From Octopus bimaculoides (Eukaryota): a stretch of 64,000 nucleotides of DNA. Each line of letters opens with the position of its first letter. The stretch's first letter is position 1. Shown piece by piece: positions 37,335-50,487 of this stretch. The notes under the pieces are model-generated. The model was given only the letters and a program-made list of their open reading frames with translations. It had not been told where the DNA came from and ran no database searches. The position numbers were made by a program, and so were the translations under genes. The stretch is taken from positions 145,360,940-145,424,939 of the forward strand of contig NC_068982.1 in the NCBI RefSeq assembly GCF_001194135.2, in the 5' to 3' direction.

Positions 37335-37750
37335 ACCTACCTACCTACCTACCTACCTATCTACCTACATATATACATACGTACATACACACATACATAC
37401 ACCTTTGTATATAGAAACCTGTTATTACATTTTGGTTAACTTAGAGTTTCATAATTTCTGGCTATAAATCAAATATCAATCAACGGACACTGAACCGCAA
37501 CTAATAGAGTCTATGTTGTTAAGCACACGGCGGAAGTTCCATTTACTTTCGTTTGATGTGACTGAAGCATTTTGGGAAAGTTCAATTGTATTAGTTTAGG
37601 GCACCAAATTTACTGAAAGGGAAGCAACCTATAAAAATAATTAATGGAGTTATGTCCATTATGGAATACGAATATATGAATATATGGTGACTTAAATGGA
37701 TTCAGCTCAACATAAGATTAATATAACATAAACGATGTGTCGAATAAAGA

Positions 37751-37962
37751 AGGCAGCGACCTGGCAGAATCATTACCAACCGGGGCAAATGGTTACATTT
37801 TCATCCGTTTTTACTTCCTGAGTTCAAATTTCGTTAAATGTCGACTTTGATTTTCCTCATATCGGATTCGATAAAATAAGTACTAGTTGAGCACTGGGGT
37901 TGATGTAATCAACCGAACTCACTCTCCGAAATTGCGGCCCTTGTTCCAAAATTTGAAACTAA
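37751..37962 (+). mobile_element. SINE (GGCGGCGAGCTGG family)
   Basis: aggcagcgacctggcagaatc...ctgagttcaaattt...gtcgactttg...ggcccttgttccaaaatttgaaac. Confidence 0.8.
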
Positions 37963-38577
37963 TGATGATAAAGAAAAATTGAAAAGAAACATCTGCATAA
38001 TATGTTTTTCACACACACACACACGCATACACACTCACGCACATTCCATCAATGTACTTGCGCACATATACTAAAGCACATGTGTCCATCTGCTTAACCT
38101 AAATTTACTCTTGTTCCTATATTATCCGAAATTCTCAGAATTGGTATTCAAATCTGTCTTTTTGTTGTATGACCAGTCTTTCCGTTACGGTGTATAAACC
38201 ACTTCTATTGTTATCATCTTTAGAAGGCACTGACCTTTTGCTTGATATAATATGAAACATTCTTTCTAAGATCAGAAATAAGTAGATAGTTTCATTTCAC
38301 TCTACTTTTCAGTGTCTATGATTGGAAAGTTATGACGAAAATATATCATTCACCGTTGAGGTTACTATAGCATTTAAGGTGTTACCAAATCATAAAATTG
38401 TTGAATTAATTTTGTTTCACACATGTTGATTTCTAGATTTCTTATGGCATCACTACATGGCGATCATCTTCAATGGATATGGTTGGTAAATTTAAAATCA
38501 ATATTTTGTATGACAAATATAGACAAGCGTTCAAATTACTCCTTTAAAACTCAAAAGAGTTTGGTGCAATTATAATA

Positions 38578-38770
38578 TTCTTGAAATTTTGGTAAAGGGT
38601 ACTAGTCAATCACATAAAGCCTAGTATTTGACTGGCACTTATTTTCCTCGACCCTGAAGAGACGAAAGGCAAGGTTGATTTGGCGGAATTTAAACTCTGA
38701 ACGTAAAGCTAGAAGAGATGTAGGTAAGCGTTTTGTCCGACATGCAAACGATACTGGTAGCTCGAAGCCT
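38578..38770 (-). mobile_element. SINE (GGCGGCGAGCTGG family), degenerate
   Basis: tcgaccctgaagagacgaaaggcaagg...ggaatttaaactctgaacgtaaag...ctggtagctcgaagcct. Confidence 0.65.
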
Positions 38771-39234
38771 TTTGGTGATATTAAAATAATAATTAGTTTG
38801 TAAATTCAACCACGGTGTTAAAAAGATGTACTAAGCGGCCTTGAATGAAATACACGTGTATGAAATCATACGCTGCAGAGAAAGCCTCTTATAGGAAATA
38901 TGTTTGTAAAACGTACCATTCGGTTATGAATGCCTTTATCGGACAAATTTTGCAGCGTATATCTTTCCATGTCTGAGAATACACGAACATGCTCAATATG
39001 ACTGTAGACACCTACATTTCATTCCATGCTGTTTAGTGCGCCTTTTATTAAGTAATTTCTGCTTGACAAAGCTTTGCGTACATCAACAAATATACTGTTT
39101 GCTGTTCTGGATGGATGGATGATGGATGGATGGATGGATGGATTAATGGGAAACGGTGACAAAAATTAAAAGATGAATGAGAAAGACATAGGTGTCAATT
39201 CTTTCTATAGTAATTAATGCATTTAACACAAGAC

Positions 39235-39415
39235 CCAAACAGTTGTTTGAGAAGTTGAAGGATATTGGAAGAGAAGCATGCTATATCGACCTTCAGGAAA
39301 GTGCCATCCGGTATTCTGTAAGAAACTTAAGAATGATACTTGAGATTTGAGGAAATTTCTCTTGAAATGTCAAGACCACACTCCTGCTAGCTACAGTAGA
39401 ATCTAATAGCATTAA
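39235..39415 (+). mobile_element. Dong/R4-like 3' end followed by (AAT)n
   Basis: gccatccggtattctgtaagaaacttaagaa matches 19312-19340 (LQ..AIRYSVR.LR..L); it directly precedes the (AAT)n tract at 39417. Confidence 0.65.
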
Positions 39416-39416
39416 C

Positions 39417-39500
<84 letters not shown>

Positions 39501-39679
39501 GTGATAATAATAATGATGATAATAATGCATTCACGGAAACATACATACACACTAACGCGCGCGCGCACGTACACACACACACACACACACAGATATATAT
39601 GTAAATATCAAATGATGAGATGTGATAACGATTGGTTGATAAAGATTCTTCATTTGTGTATGAAGGTTATCATTGTTTT

Positions 39680-39854
39680 TGTTATGTCTCAAGCTACTGC
39701 AATCTAGCACCTTCGGAGGATCTCTACTCAATCGCTACACGACGGCTACTCAACAGTCACTCAACAGTCACTCAACTCTCTACCACGGTCAGACTACCTT
39801 TATTCATATGTCTTCGACGATCCTACTTCTTGGCTTGAGGGCATTGACACAACA
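39680..39854. mobile_element. Probable solo LTR (175 bp)
   Basis: Begins TGTTATGTC and ends GACACAACA (TG...CA, 8/9 inverted match); 5-bp direct repeat GTTTT on both sides (39675-39679, 39855-39859); AATAAA on the minus strand. Confidence 0.55.
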
Positions 39855-40837
39855 GTTTTCATGTTAAAGAAAATCTCAAAAATTTTTCTATGTGACGTGT
39901 TTGAAAAATTGTTGAAATTTTTCTTAACATGAAATCAATCGCTTCATTAATACAAAATTAAGTATATACTTTTATATAACTATGATATAAGGGAAAAACT
40001 TTTCCTTTGCTGAACAGAGTATCTTTTGGCAGCTATTCTAAATAAAGATAAAGGAAAGATAGACTACAGGTAAGATAATGTGATGCTATATACATGATGT
40101 CTGAGTATAAAGATAAACTATTCTAAACTGAAACTCCTGTTGATCCACACCACAACTTCGATCAGCTAGAACGAAACTGGCCTGGAATCATATTCCATCG
40201 ACGCAATAAAAAAAAAATGAATAAAAGAAAAAGAGAAAGAATAAATGACAATATATATTACACTTGAATTACAGAAAAAAAAAATTGTTCCCTGTGTCTG
40301 CAATTTCGTTGTCTATACTTTCTGGACTAGTCCTGACCTGGAGCTAAATAACAAAAGAGACATGTGTTCATAATGTTCGTTCATGCATGCAATTAAATAT
40401 TACAGTATTGCCAACTGTGAATTCAGCGTACTGATGCTTGGACGAACTCTTTACCAGCAGGTAACAATTACTGATAAGCCTGTAAACAAGCGTATGTTCA
40501 TCAATATTCGCTTTTTTTCAATTAATATATGGTAATGAGGGAAACAGTTTCAATGGATAGTTAATACTTGCTTGAAGTAATATTAATGATTTCAACTGTG
40601 TATCCCCGTACACAAGCGCACATAGAGACATACACTACAAAATCACATGTTAGGGCATACATGTATGCATATATACATATATGGTGGCACTCCAGCATGG
40701 CCGCAGTTAAATGACAGAAACAAGTAAACAAAATAAAGAGTATTACACGGGTGAGTTGACAAATGCGAGAAAAAGGCTCTCAGCGCATGTAGTAAAATTT
40801 ACATATTTTAATATTTAAAACAGTTTGATTCGATTCC

Positions 40838-40908
<71 letters not shown>
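40838..40908. repeat. (CAA)n microsatellite
   Basis: Direct reading. Confidence 0.98.
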
Positions 40909-40909
<1 letters not shown>

Positions 40910-41159
40910 AGTAATAATAATACTTTATTTTATTCCTTTTTGAAATTTTATCTTTAGTTTCTTCTTTTCTTTTCCTCTCTGTCTTTCCTACCCCTTTTCT
41001 ATGACATGACTTTGTAAATGGACAATCTGGTGTGTTTATTTTCATGGCAAACACCTCCCCGCCCAATATATATATATCGAGTTTCTTTGCCCTAGGGGTA
41101 AGAATGATACTCAGCAAGAAATGGAAACGAAAATTGAAAGAAGGGGATAATGATAATAA

Positions 41160-41368
41160 TCCTTTCTACTATAGGCACAAAAACTGAAATTTTGTGGGAG
41201 GGAACCAGTCGATTACATCGACCCCAATGCGTAACTGGTACTTATTTCATAGACTCCGAAAGGATGAAAGGCAAAGTCGACCTCGGCAGAATTTGAATTC
41301 AAAACGTAAAGACGGACGAAAGGTCGCTACGCATTTTGTCTGGCGTGGTAATGATTCTGCCGGCTCAT
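41160..41368 (-). mobile_element. SINE (GGCGGCGAGCTGG family)
   Basis: cctttctactataggcaca...gtcgattacatcgacccc...aaggatgaaaggcaaagtcgacctcggcagaatttgaattc...gattctgccggctcatcg. Confidence 0.85.
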
Positions 41369-41390
41369 CGTTTTTATAATGATGATGATG

Positions 41391-41482
<92 letters not shown>

Positions 41483-41489
41483 AAGAAGA

Positions 41490-42735
41490 GGAATACCTTT
41501 CAATAAACTCACTCGATGATAGCACTTCCCTCTCTATTCTCAATTTCCTTTTAAAGTGAAACTTGAAGAAGTCAATGAGAGCATTACCAAAGAGGATTGT
41601 ATGTGTCTTCATGCCTTTCAGCCTTGTCCACCAAATAACCCACCAAAGGAGGGTGGCGTGATCCGTCCCACACGTGACAACAGCTGTTCGACATAACCCC
41701 ACAAGTCAGCACTGCCCGGACACTGAACAAGTCCGTGCAGAACGGTTTCGTCACCCTGCGCGCAAATCGGAAGCCCGTCTGACAGCACATGCGTGCCTGC
41801 AGAGTTTATCTCGAACAGGTAGTGACCCCCACCCTTCCCCAGTAACACTGCCAGGCCAAGGATATCTGGAGATTATCCATGATAGGCCCCGGAAAGTCCG
41901 TGGAACAGACTAGCTAGTTCGTGTTCATCGACGCTCAGAATCTTCCCGAGAACGTCGTTGCACTTTCAAGCCACTAAGCCTCTAGAAATTTCTAAAGCAG
42001 AAGATCCATCGATCCCATTGCTCGACTGGTAGATAGCTGTGAGCGCCTGAGGACATTTTAGGTGCCAGGCGCCTGGCCTAGATCTTTTCTTCCCCCAGGA
42101 TTGTAGCTCCGTCAAGGAGACGAGCTGCGGAAAGACGCGTCTCACAAACGGAGCCCACACACGCTCAACGTCTAGAAGTCGTTGCAGGTGGTTTAACCTA
42201 AGCGCGTGTCTGCGCATTAGAAGCCACGGTATACCTAATCCGCCACTCAGAGGATGCTGGCAACAAACTGACCGCCTAATGATTCGAACGCGTCCCTTCC
42301 ACGAGAATTTAAATAAGAGACGGTCCAACCTGGTCAAGCAGTAACCAGGAAAAGGCACGACGGTCAGGCGATAAATGATAACGGAGGCGATGTAGGCATT
42401 CACCACCTCTGCCCGGCCTTACAGGAACAGCTTCCTCTCGGCCCATTTCCGGGCAAGACTGGCCACCCTGTTCGCCACCATGTTTCAATTCTTATCAGTT
42501 TGGACGAGACCAAACCAAACCCCGAGCAGTTTAATTGGCCCGTCGGTCCAACGTCCGTCGATACCGTCCGATGATATCGACCTGCCTCTCTAGGATCCCA
42601 ACCGCAAATCTACCGATTTGTCGGCGTTGATTTTTAGCCCCTGCAACTGACTCATATTCTTGTAGGGTTTTACCGACCATCTCCACTTCGGAGGTGTTCC
42701 GACACCATGACGGTGACGTCGTCCGTGTATGCTGT
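41490..42735 (-). mobile_element. Tx1/L1-clade LINE ORF2 fragment (RT end, zf-RVT, C-terminus)
   Basis: AYTDDVTVMV...YESVAGAKINADKS..LRLG...IKLLGVWFG...VNAYIASVIIYRLTV..LFKFSWKG...CCQHPLSGGLGIP...ICAQGDETVLHGLVQCP...VIWWTRLKG...KRKLRIER. Confidence 0.9.
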
Positions 42736-43100
42736 CAAATTTTCATTATTTACATTTGACGGATATTTGTCCTCATCTTGTTTGTTGTTAACACACCGTT
42801 TCCCAGTCTTCATCAGATGTCTTGGGGAAATATAGAACTGTATTAGCATATCAAAGTTATCGAATTAGCATATCGGTAACTGGGGAGTAAACATGAATTT
42901 ATAGTTTCCGGGTGCAAAGATCAATATAATAGGCTAATGTCAGAAATGCAGTGATAAAAGTAAGCGCGGGATAACTTGTAATGAGTATGGATTACAACTG
43001 AGAGATTTGGTGAATGTGTGGAATATTGACATAACAGAATAGTGAATTTGACACGAAAAATGCTGAGTATAATATAACTGTATTTACTGGCTATAAAACT
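42736..43100 (-). mobile_element. PLE-type terminal repeat with a hammerhead remnant
   Basis: Minus strand agacat-CTGATGA-AGACTGG-GAAA-CGGTGTGTT at 42790-42822; it abuts and truncates the Tx1 fragment. The extent is approximate. Confidence 0.45.
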
Positions 43101-43893
43101 TTTGTGTAACTACTATCTTTATATCTTTAAAGATATGAATGACTTCTGGAAATGAGAAAAAATGTCAAGTTTATCGGTACATGAATAAAATGTCGAAGTT
43201 CAGGCACTTATAGGATGTGAATTGCAGGTTGCCAGTAACGTCGTTAGATATTTCAAAAATTTCTTTCCGTGGATGTTTGTGCTTGCTTGTGAACAAGGTT
43301 TGTTCGCATACATTGACGCACACATACACACACACACACACACAAACGCACGAAAACTAGCTAAATAGGGTTTATTTGTACAGTAATGGATGAGATAAGA
43401 GATAATGTGAACGCTTTAAAGTCTAAAGGAGAGAAAAAAAGAAAAAAAAGTCATATGTATGAGTTCTGGCTCTATCAAACTTCAAGGCAGAAGAAAAGAG
43501 GATGGAATGTTCTGTCAGAACGTTACAAGTCCTGTTCGTTAATGATTGCTGAGATCTAAAGAATAGTGGTCTTCTGAGATATTCATGCCAGATTCAGTGA
43601 AACTCTTAGTTGGTAACATGAAGATATGCAATAATTAAATTTCGAAATCTGTAATTTTGTCTGAGAGCATCGGTGTTGCGACAGATCTTAGATGATAAGA
43701 CTATTTACACACGCACTCACACACACATACACACACGCACACACACACACACACAAACACACACACTAACACACACACACACACACACACATACACACAC
43801 ACACACGTACACACACACACGCACGCACGCACATACGCACGCACACACACATGCACGCACACACACNNNNNNNNNNNNNNNNNNNNNNNNNNN

Positions 43894-43943
<50 letters not shown>

Positions 43944-44129
43944 CAGACATACACACAAACATTTAAACACGCCATGATACACGCGATAAGGATAAACCAG
44001 GTTAATGAATAATCAAACAACAGACGGACTAATGTATATATGAGGCAAGGCAAATATCTAGATTCGTTTCTATCTATCAATCAATCTATCTATCAATCAA
44101 TCTATCTATCTATCTATCTATCTATCTGT

Positions 44130-44169
<40 letters not shown>

Positions 44170-46084
44170 GTACATTCACACATACATATATATACATTTA
44201 CACACACATATATATACGGATATGTTTTGTTATTTAGTTGGCAAAAGTTACTCATGGGCTGAGAGCCTTGTGCATTGGTATTTATATATGTATTTCTGTT
44301 TGTATTATGAAAACTATCGACGGATCTGTAATATTTACTACGAGCTGTAACTATCAAACGATGGACGTTGTCGTGTGTGTATGATCTGGTACACATATAC
44401 ACACACGCACGCACGCATGCACGCACGCACGCACACACGCACACACACACATATATTTTGTGTATCTACATATTTTGGAATTTATTTGAGAGAAGCTACT
44501 TATTTGATTCATAGCGACTGGGGCGTTTCAGGAAATTTGTTAAAGCCTCAACGAAGTGCAGTACTGCAGCAGTGTAATACTATTATGAACAGCTTATTCG
44601 ATTTCACATCATAACTTATATATTTCTTGAAACAAAGATTATGTAAACTGAAAAACTGTATAAGAAATATTGAAAGAATATTTTATGCCTGCAGCTTCAT
44701 TATTGTATTGACTTTACACAACTGAAAGAGTCAAATACTTCCGGAAGAAAAACAGGATGTATTTCATGTTTCTGTATAAATCCTTAGAAACTTATAATTT
44801 TCAAAATAACTGTGGAGCACACACGGATATATGAATGTAGTGATTACTCCTGCAAAATCGGGATATCTGAGAAATAAATTCCACGAAGTTGGGTGGCTGT
44901 TGCAGGGAGTGTCACTTGTAATCCTGTCCGTTAGACGCCGCTGAACAGGCCATTTGATCTGAGATGTACAACTTATTACTCCCACATACCATCTATCTTC
45001 TGCTGCTTAATTCTTCCCACCCCTTTTATTAATTTTCTTTGTTTCCTTTTTGAGGTTGTTGGCAGAAGTAAAGAAAATGGAGAGTGGAGATTCCGAATCT
45101 GCAAAAGAATCTGCATTTCAAAATTTAAATCCCACCCTCTCATTATGATTATGATTCTGAAAAATAAATTTGTAAAATTTCAAATTTTCAAAAAAATACC
45201 CCACCTCCCATACGCCCTATGACAAGAGATGAAATTAAAGTGTGTTCTTTGCTAATGTTTCACGCATGCATAGAATTATAAAACAGCAGACGCAAAAAGT
45301 ATCTAAACAGAAAACCTGACGTGCTAGAAACAGATTTTCAAAATTTTAATACGAATTACCAAAGAAGAAAAAATTTCAAAGCTTAAATACCTCCCACCCA
45401 ATTTCTTCATTTTTCACTTATTTTAGAAATATATTTTGGTGAAATACGTAGAAAAATATGGAGATTATGATTCTAAAGAAAATTGTTTGTAAATTTTGTC
45501 ACCCTATGACAAAAAGTGAAAAATTTCCCACCCCTTTTTCTCCATGATTTGATCTTTTATACTTTTAATACATGTTTTCTTTCTTTTCTTCTTGTTAAAA
45601 CACGTTGTTGATAAAATCTTACATTAAACTGACGGATTAATCAATACTTTGTGTAGGGTACATATTCATGAGGTGCATACTAATGCGGCCTGCACAGCCA
45701 TCGTCAGACTCTGGTACGATTGAGTCCATCCTGGCTTGACATAGTCTCAGTTAAGTTAAAATTAACTGGGGTACTCACGCGGCGTGCGTGTGTGCGTGCG
45801 CGCGCGCTTGCATGTGTGTGCGTGTGTGTGTGTGTGCAAAGTAACAGGCCTTCAAGCGTTGAAGACAGTAAGGTTGGGTAGGCTTAATGACTTTTGAGTA
45901 GGACATACCTGTCTCACTTGTAGAAATACGACTGAGAATTCGAATTCTTTTCCATTCGGTTTATACGTCAGCATTCAAATGTATTGTTTTTGTGTTAATG
46001 ACTAGCAGACATGATCCTTGTTTATTCAAGTATCGAGTGCATTGCTTCCATCATTAACATTTATCATGTACTCATTTCTGTCAT

Positions 46085-46250
46085 AGTACTGCCACCATGC
46101 TGGAGCACCGCCTTTGATGGTTTAGCCGAAGAAATCCAACTTATTTCTCTAAGTCTAGTGTCTATTCAGTCGTCACTTTTGTTGAACCGCTAAGTTATGG
46201 GAACGTAAACCAATGCATCCTGGTTGTGAAGCGGTGTATGTGTGGAGAAA
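46085..46250 (-). mobile_element. SINE 3' fragment (same family as 29.5 kb)
   Basis: ccatgctggagcaccgccttt...gaaccgctaagttatgggaacgtaaac. Confidence 0.65.
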
Positions 46251-46817
46251 ATACAAAAGCAGATATGCGCACGTCTACATACATACTTGCAAACTGTCAC
46301 AAATATAGGTAAAACTAGATTACCCGTGATCCGTCGGGTCACCTGGAAAGTCTGAGTTTCCGAGCAACAGTGTTTTGTTTGATGGTTTTCTTTTTTCTGT
46401 TCCAGGTTATTTCGTATGCTTTCAACGAATCTTACATCGAAATCACGCGTAAACAGCTCCTTTTCCTGGAAAAGGCAAGATTTGGCTGCTATTTCTTGTA
46501 CGTCCAGATACCACGTAACAGGTATTTCGGCTCCTTTATCGCAAATAGCTGTTACGTGGTAGCAGGGCGTGCTAGAAATATCAGCTAAATCTTTGGAACT
46601 GAGATATGTTGAATGCACTGGAAAAAAGTTTTGTAATGGTATTCCCTTGGAGCGATCTTTCACTTTGACTCTCAGAACTGTCGCTTTGACGCCCAGAACT
46701 GTCGTCCGGATCAGTTGCTTTTGTTCGTTAATTTCCGTAAAAAAATTAATTTACATTTGCTTTAAAGTGGAAGAGAGAAGAAAGTGGAAGATATATGCAC
46801 GTGTATATGGAATGGAC

Positions 46818-46884
<67 letters not shown>

Positions 46885-47639
46885 CCACTTATAAATACAT
46901 GAGAACACTCATGTTCACTCACTCTCTCTCTCTCTCTCTCNNNNNNNNNNCCCTCTCTCCCCCTCTCTCTTTCCCACTCTCTCTCTTACACACACACACG
47001 TCCATTTCATATACACGTACATAAAACTTTTACTTTCTCCTTTCTTTCCCTTTAAAACAAATGTAAATAAATAAAAGGTTTTTAGGGAAATTAATGAACT
47101 CCGGATGTCAGTTCTGAGTCACTTGAAAATAATTAAAAATACATTAAGATATTGTCTGTTCAAAGAAAGCTAAAATATAAATACTTACTGTACAAACAAC
47201 TTACATTTTTGAAATCACTTTCAGTTTAAAATATTTCTAAATTATTAAAATATCGTGTACGTCAAAAAGTCGACTTTATTTTTATCTTAGAGAACACGAA
47301 GACCATGTGTGTGTATATGTCACAGATAGTGGACTGTGTTTGTGTTGATTGACACACCTTGACATTCGTTATATGTGTGTGTATTCTGTATGTGTGTATG
47401 TGTATTGACGTCACGGAAGCCATGTTTTTTTTCAAGAAATAACAAACAAGAATTGTGATTGATCATTTTCATTAATAAATAAAGGTCTAAATATCATAAA
47501 AATTTGTATTACAATGCCGAAGATAAGTATAAAAATAAATATACAAAAAAGAAAATTAAGATAAAATGTACTATTTCTGGTATAAGCAAACATCTCTAGA
47601 GTTTTAGTATTATTACGATAAGTCTCAGACAGCATGGCC

Positions 47640-48295
47640 CATAAAGAAGTAGAGGACCAAGAATGAATACTTCAGGAGAATAAAGTGAGTTCTTTAGAAA
47701 TCTCTGCTTACAACAAATATATTGCTCATAACACCTTTGCAGTGCTTGTCCTCACGTCTACGCTTTGATTTCTGAACTGGTCTCAATGACGTAGATGTTT
47801 GAACTCACAAGCTGTTTAGTGTTGGAAAAAACTTCAATACTAATGGATATGTAGACAGGTTATACTTCACAAGCAAGGATGATGGTTGTGGTCTGAAATC
47901 TGTACTAATGTCATATTAAGCACGTATTGTAACAGTGAAGCAATATCTGTAGCAGATGAAAGAGACTATCTGTCCAAAATTTTGACCAAGAAATCTACAA
48001 CATAATCAGAACTAACGGACTTGAGAAGAGTTATGAAAAAAGAAAAGTGGGTAGAAATAAAGGACATCTATAGACCATTGATAATGAGTTTGGAAAGCTA
48101 GCACTCAAGATGCATTTTGACTTTCAGCTTCCTACCTATTATTGTTGGAGCAAGAAGTTACATACTAATTCGTCTGAATCAAAGTATGGCTGAATTTGGG
48201 TTTTGTGGGCGAGAACGCAAATCCCTAATACACACGCTACATATGATCACAATATATGGGACTAAAAACCTTCAAGACCTCTTTAAGAATTAAGG
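47640..48295 (+). mobile_element. Internally deleted Dong/R4-like element (RT thumb plus RLE end)
   Basis: EYFRRI..SLEISAYNKYIAHNTFAVLVLT...NW...NGYVDRLYFTSKDDGCGLKSV; then LPIIVGARSYI...GFCGRERKSLIHTLHMITIYGT. Confidence 0.7.
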
Positions 48296-48665
48296 GATGA
48301 CGAATAAAAGAAGATGCTTACCTTCGCAACCCTGCTACCAAGTACGTGACTAATCGAAACTTATTCTAAATTACAAAGATATACATATATTTGAGCACTT
48401 CTTTTGCAGTCTTATATAAACTTTTTTGTTTCTTAATAGGAGACAAATATTATTACTTATATNNNNNNNNNNNNNNNNNNNNNNNNNNNNNNNNNNNNNN
48501 NNNNNNNNNNNNNNNNNNNNNNNNNNNNNNNNNNNNNNNNNNNNNNTACTTCTCGAATAATACATTTTTATAATTTACATAATATATAATCTTTTACATT
48601 TCACTTGTTTCTTTATATCTTTTAGATTAATCAATTTTTTTTTAAATTTTCAATTTTCAAACAAT

Positions 48666-49107
48666 TGCCACGTTATGTTGGCAAATAATCTTTACTCTAG
48701 AGTAATGTTACTGAATGTTTCTCGTTGAGAGATTTACAAATAGAAATTTTCTTTTTTATTAGATCGGTGATTGTTTGTCACTATGAAAATTATATATTTC
48801 GAACAAGAATTTAGCAGCGCCACCCCTAGCCGAACCATTAGTCTGTCCTGCTGAAGGAAAATAACCAAGAAATCGCGATACACAGATATTGTTTGTGCTG
48901 TGTGGGGATGCTAAACTCACTTGTTCGAAAATATAAGGACACAGATAATATGTCGTTTAGCCAATTGGAGACAATGTTTCCTGAGGCTAAACAACAGTAA
49001 CATTCGTCCTAAATCAGGACTGCCATGTTATGTGGGCAAATAATCTTTACTGTAGTGTACTGTTACTGAATGTCTCTCGTTGAGAGATTTACATATAGAA
49101 ATCTTCT
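48666..49107. repeat. ~87-bp direct repeat with 355-bp period (48666-48752, 49021-49107) enclosing a hammerhead-like motif
   Basis: tgcca.gttatgt.ggcaaataatctttact.tag.gta.tgttactgaatgt.tctcgttgagagatttaca.atagaaat occurs twice. Confidence 0.85.
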
Positions 49108-49448
49108 ATTTTAATATATTACCTATTTCGCTAAAACCCCTTTTTACCCTAACGCCATATCTACTCCCCCACTTACGAAGGTTTTGCAATGTATTGCATA
49201 ATTAATATCATATTTTATTACTGCTAATTCTAGACTCTTAATCTTAATATTTTTAATGTTTTAATTCTTTAAATTTGTAAACATAATATATTATATATTT
49301 AACCCCAATTACTTTTACCTGCAGTCTTCTTCATAAAGCTGTTATATAAGTATCGCTAGCTAAGTTTTAATTTTCAGACTATATGTCTTCTTTATTTAAG
49401 TATTTATCTATTGTTTCTATATATAGTTTCTCTATACTCTCTTTATAT

Positions 49449-49488
<40 letters not shown>

Positions 49489-49498
49489 NNNNNNNNNN

Positions 49499-49533
<35 letters not shown>

Positions 49534-49867
49534 TCTTCGATTCACCTACGCAATATTCGTTCAAAACTAATATAACTTATGAATTTCGTGACCACTTTTC
49601 TTAGTTTCTGATTTAACACTTTAGGGCACACCTACGCCAATTATATTTTCCCCGCTTTTTCATTTTTTACAAACAACATTACTCCTTCACCACACACATC
49701 ACGACTACCCTACCCTCATTAACATTTTTATTCATTGACAATTGTCAGGGTTATCAATTTAATCGTATTTTCCCTTTTGTCTACTTAATGTTGTCGCTAG
49801 TGAATGTTGTCTTGTCAAATTAATTTTCACCCATCAAATAAAAGTTGGTAGCAGTAAATATGCTGTA

Positions 49868-49957
49868 CTCTTCTTCTTCTTCTTCTTCTTCTTCTTCTTC
49901 TTCTTCTTCTTCTTCTTCTTCTTCTTCTTCTTCTTCTTCTTCTTCTTCTTCTTCTTT

Positions 49958-49986
<29 letters not shown>
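49868..49986. repeat. (CTT)n microsatellite
   Basis: Direct reading. Confidence 0.98.
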
Positions 49987-49988
<2 letters not shown>

Positions 49989-50487
49989 ATGATTTCTGTA
50001 CTAATTACTCACCCACTAACCTCGCTTTTATTTATTTCGGTTCCTCCCGATATAAGCACAAAGCAATGTCTGGAATACACACAATGTTAAAGCACATCTT
50101 TGATTCAAGTCTGATGAAGTGGCACTCTAATGTCTAAGACCACAAATATTACGTAAATTTTCACTTCGAATTTTTGTGTAAAATAGCGTTGCAAGCAGAG
50201 ATGGTACTGAAACAATTGTAACAAATCATTAAAGATATGTTTAAATCTTTCCTTGTCTTCTTATTACTTGGATTATAATTTGGTCTACACCAAACCTACA
50301 CAACGGTGTTACCGTCGTAAAACAAGGATTTCCTACACTTGAATAATTTTGGCATTGGTCTTGAATCCGACAGTGTTGATAACCCAGAATTAGGGTTGAC
50401 TGCTTCTCTGAAAATACCCTATCTTTATACCCTACCAGGACCTAAGATTATATATGCACGAGTATACATATACAAGATCTTTTCTGT

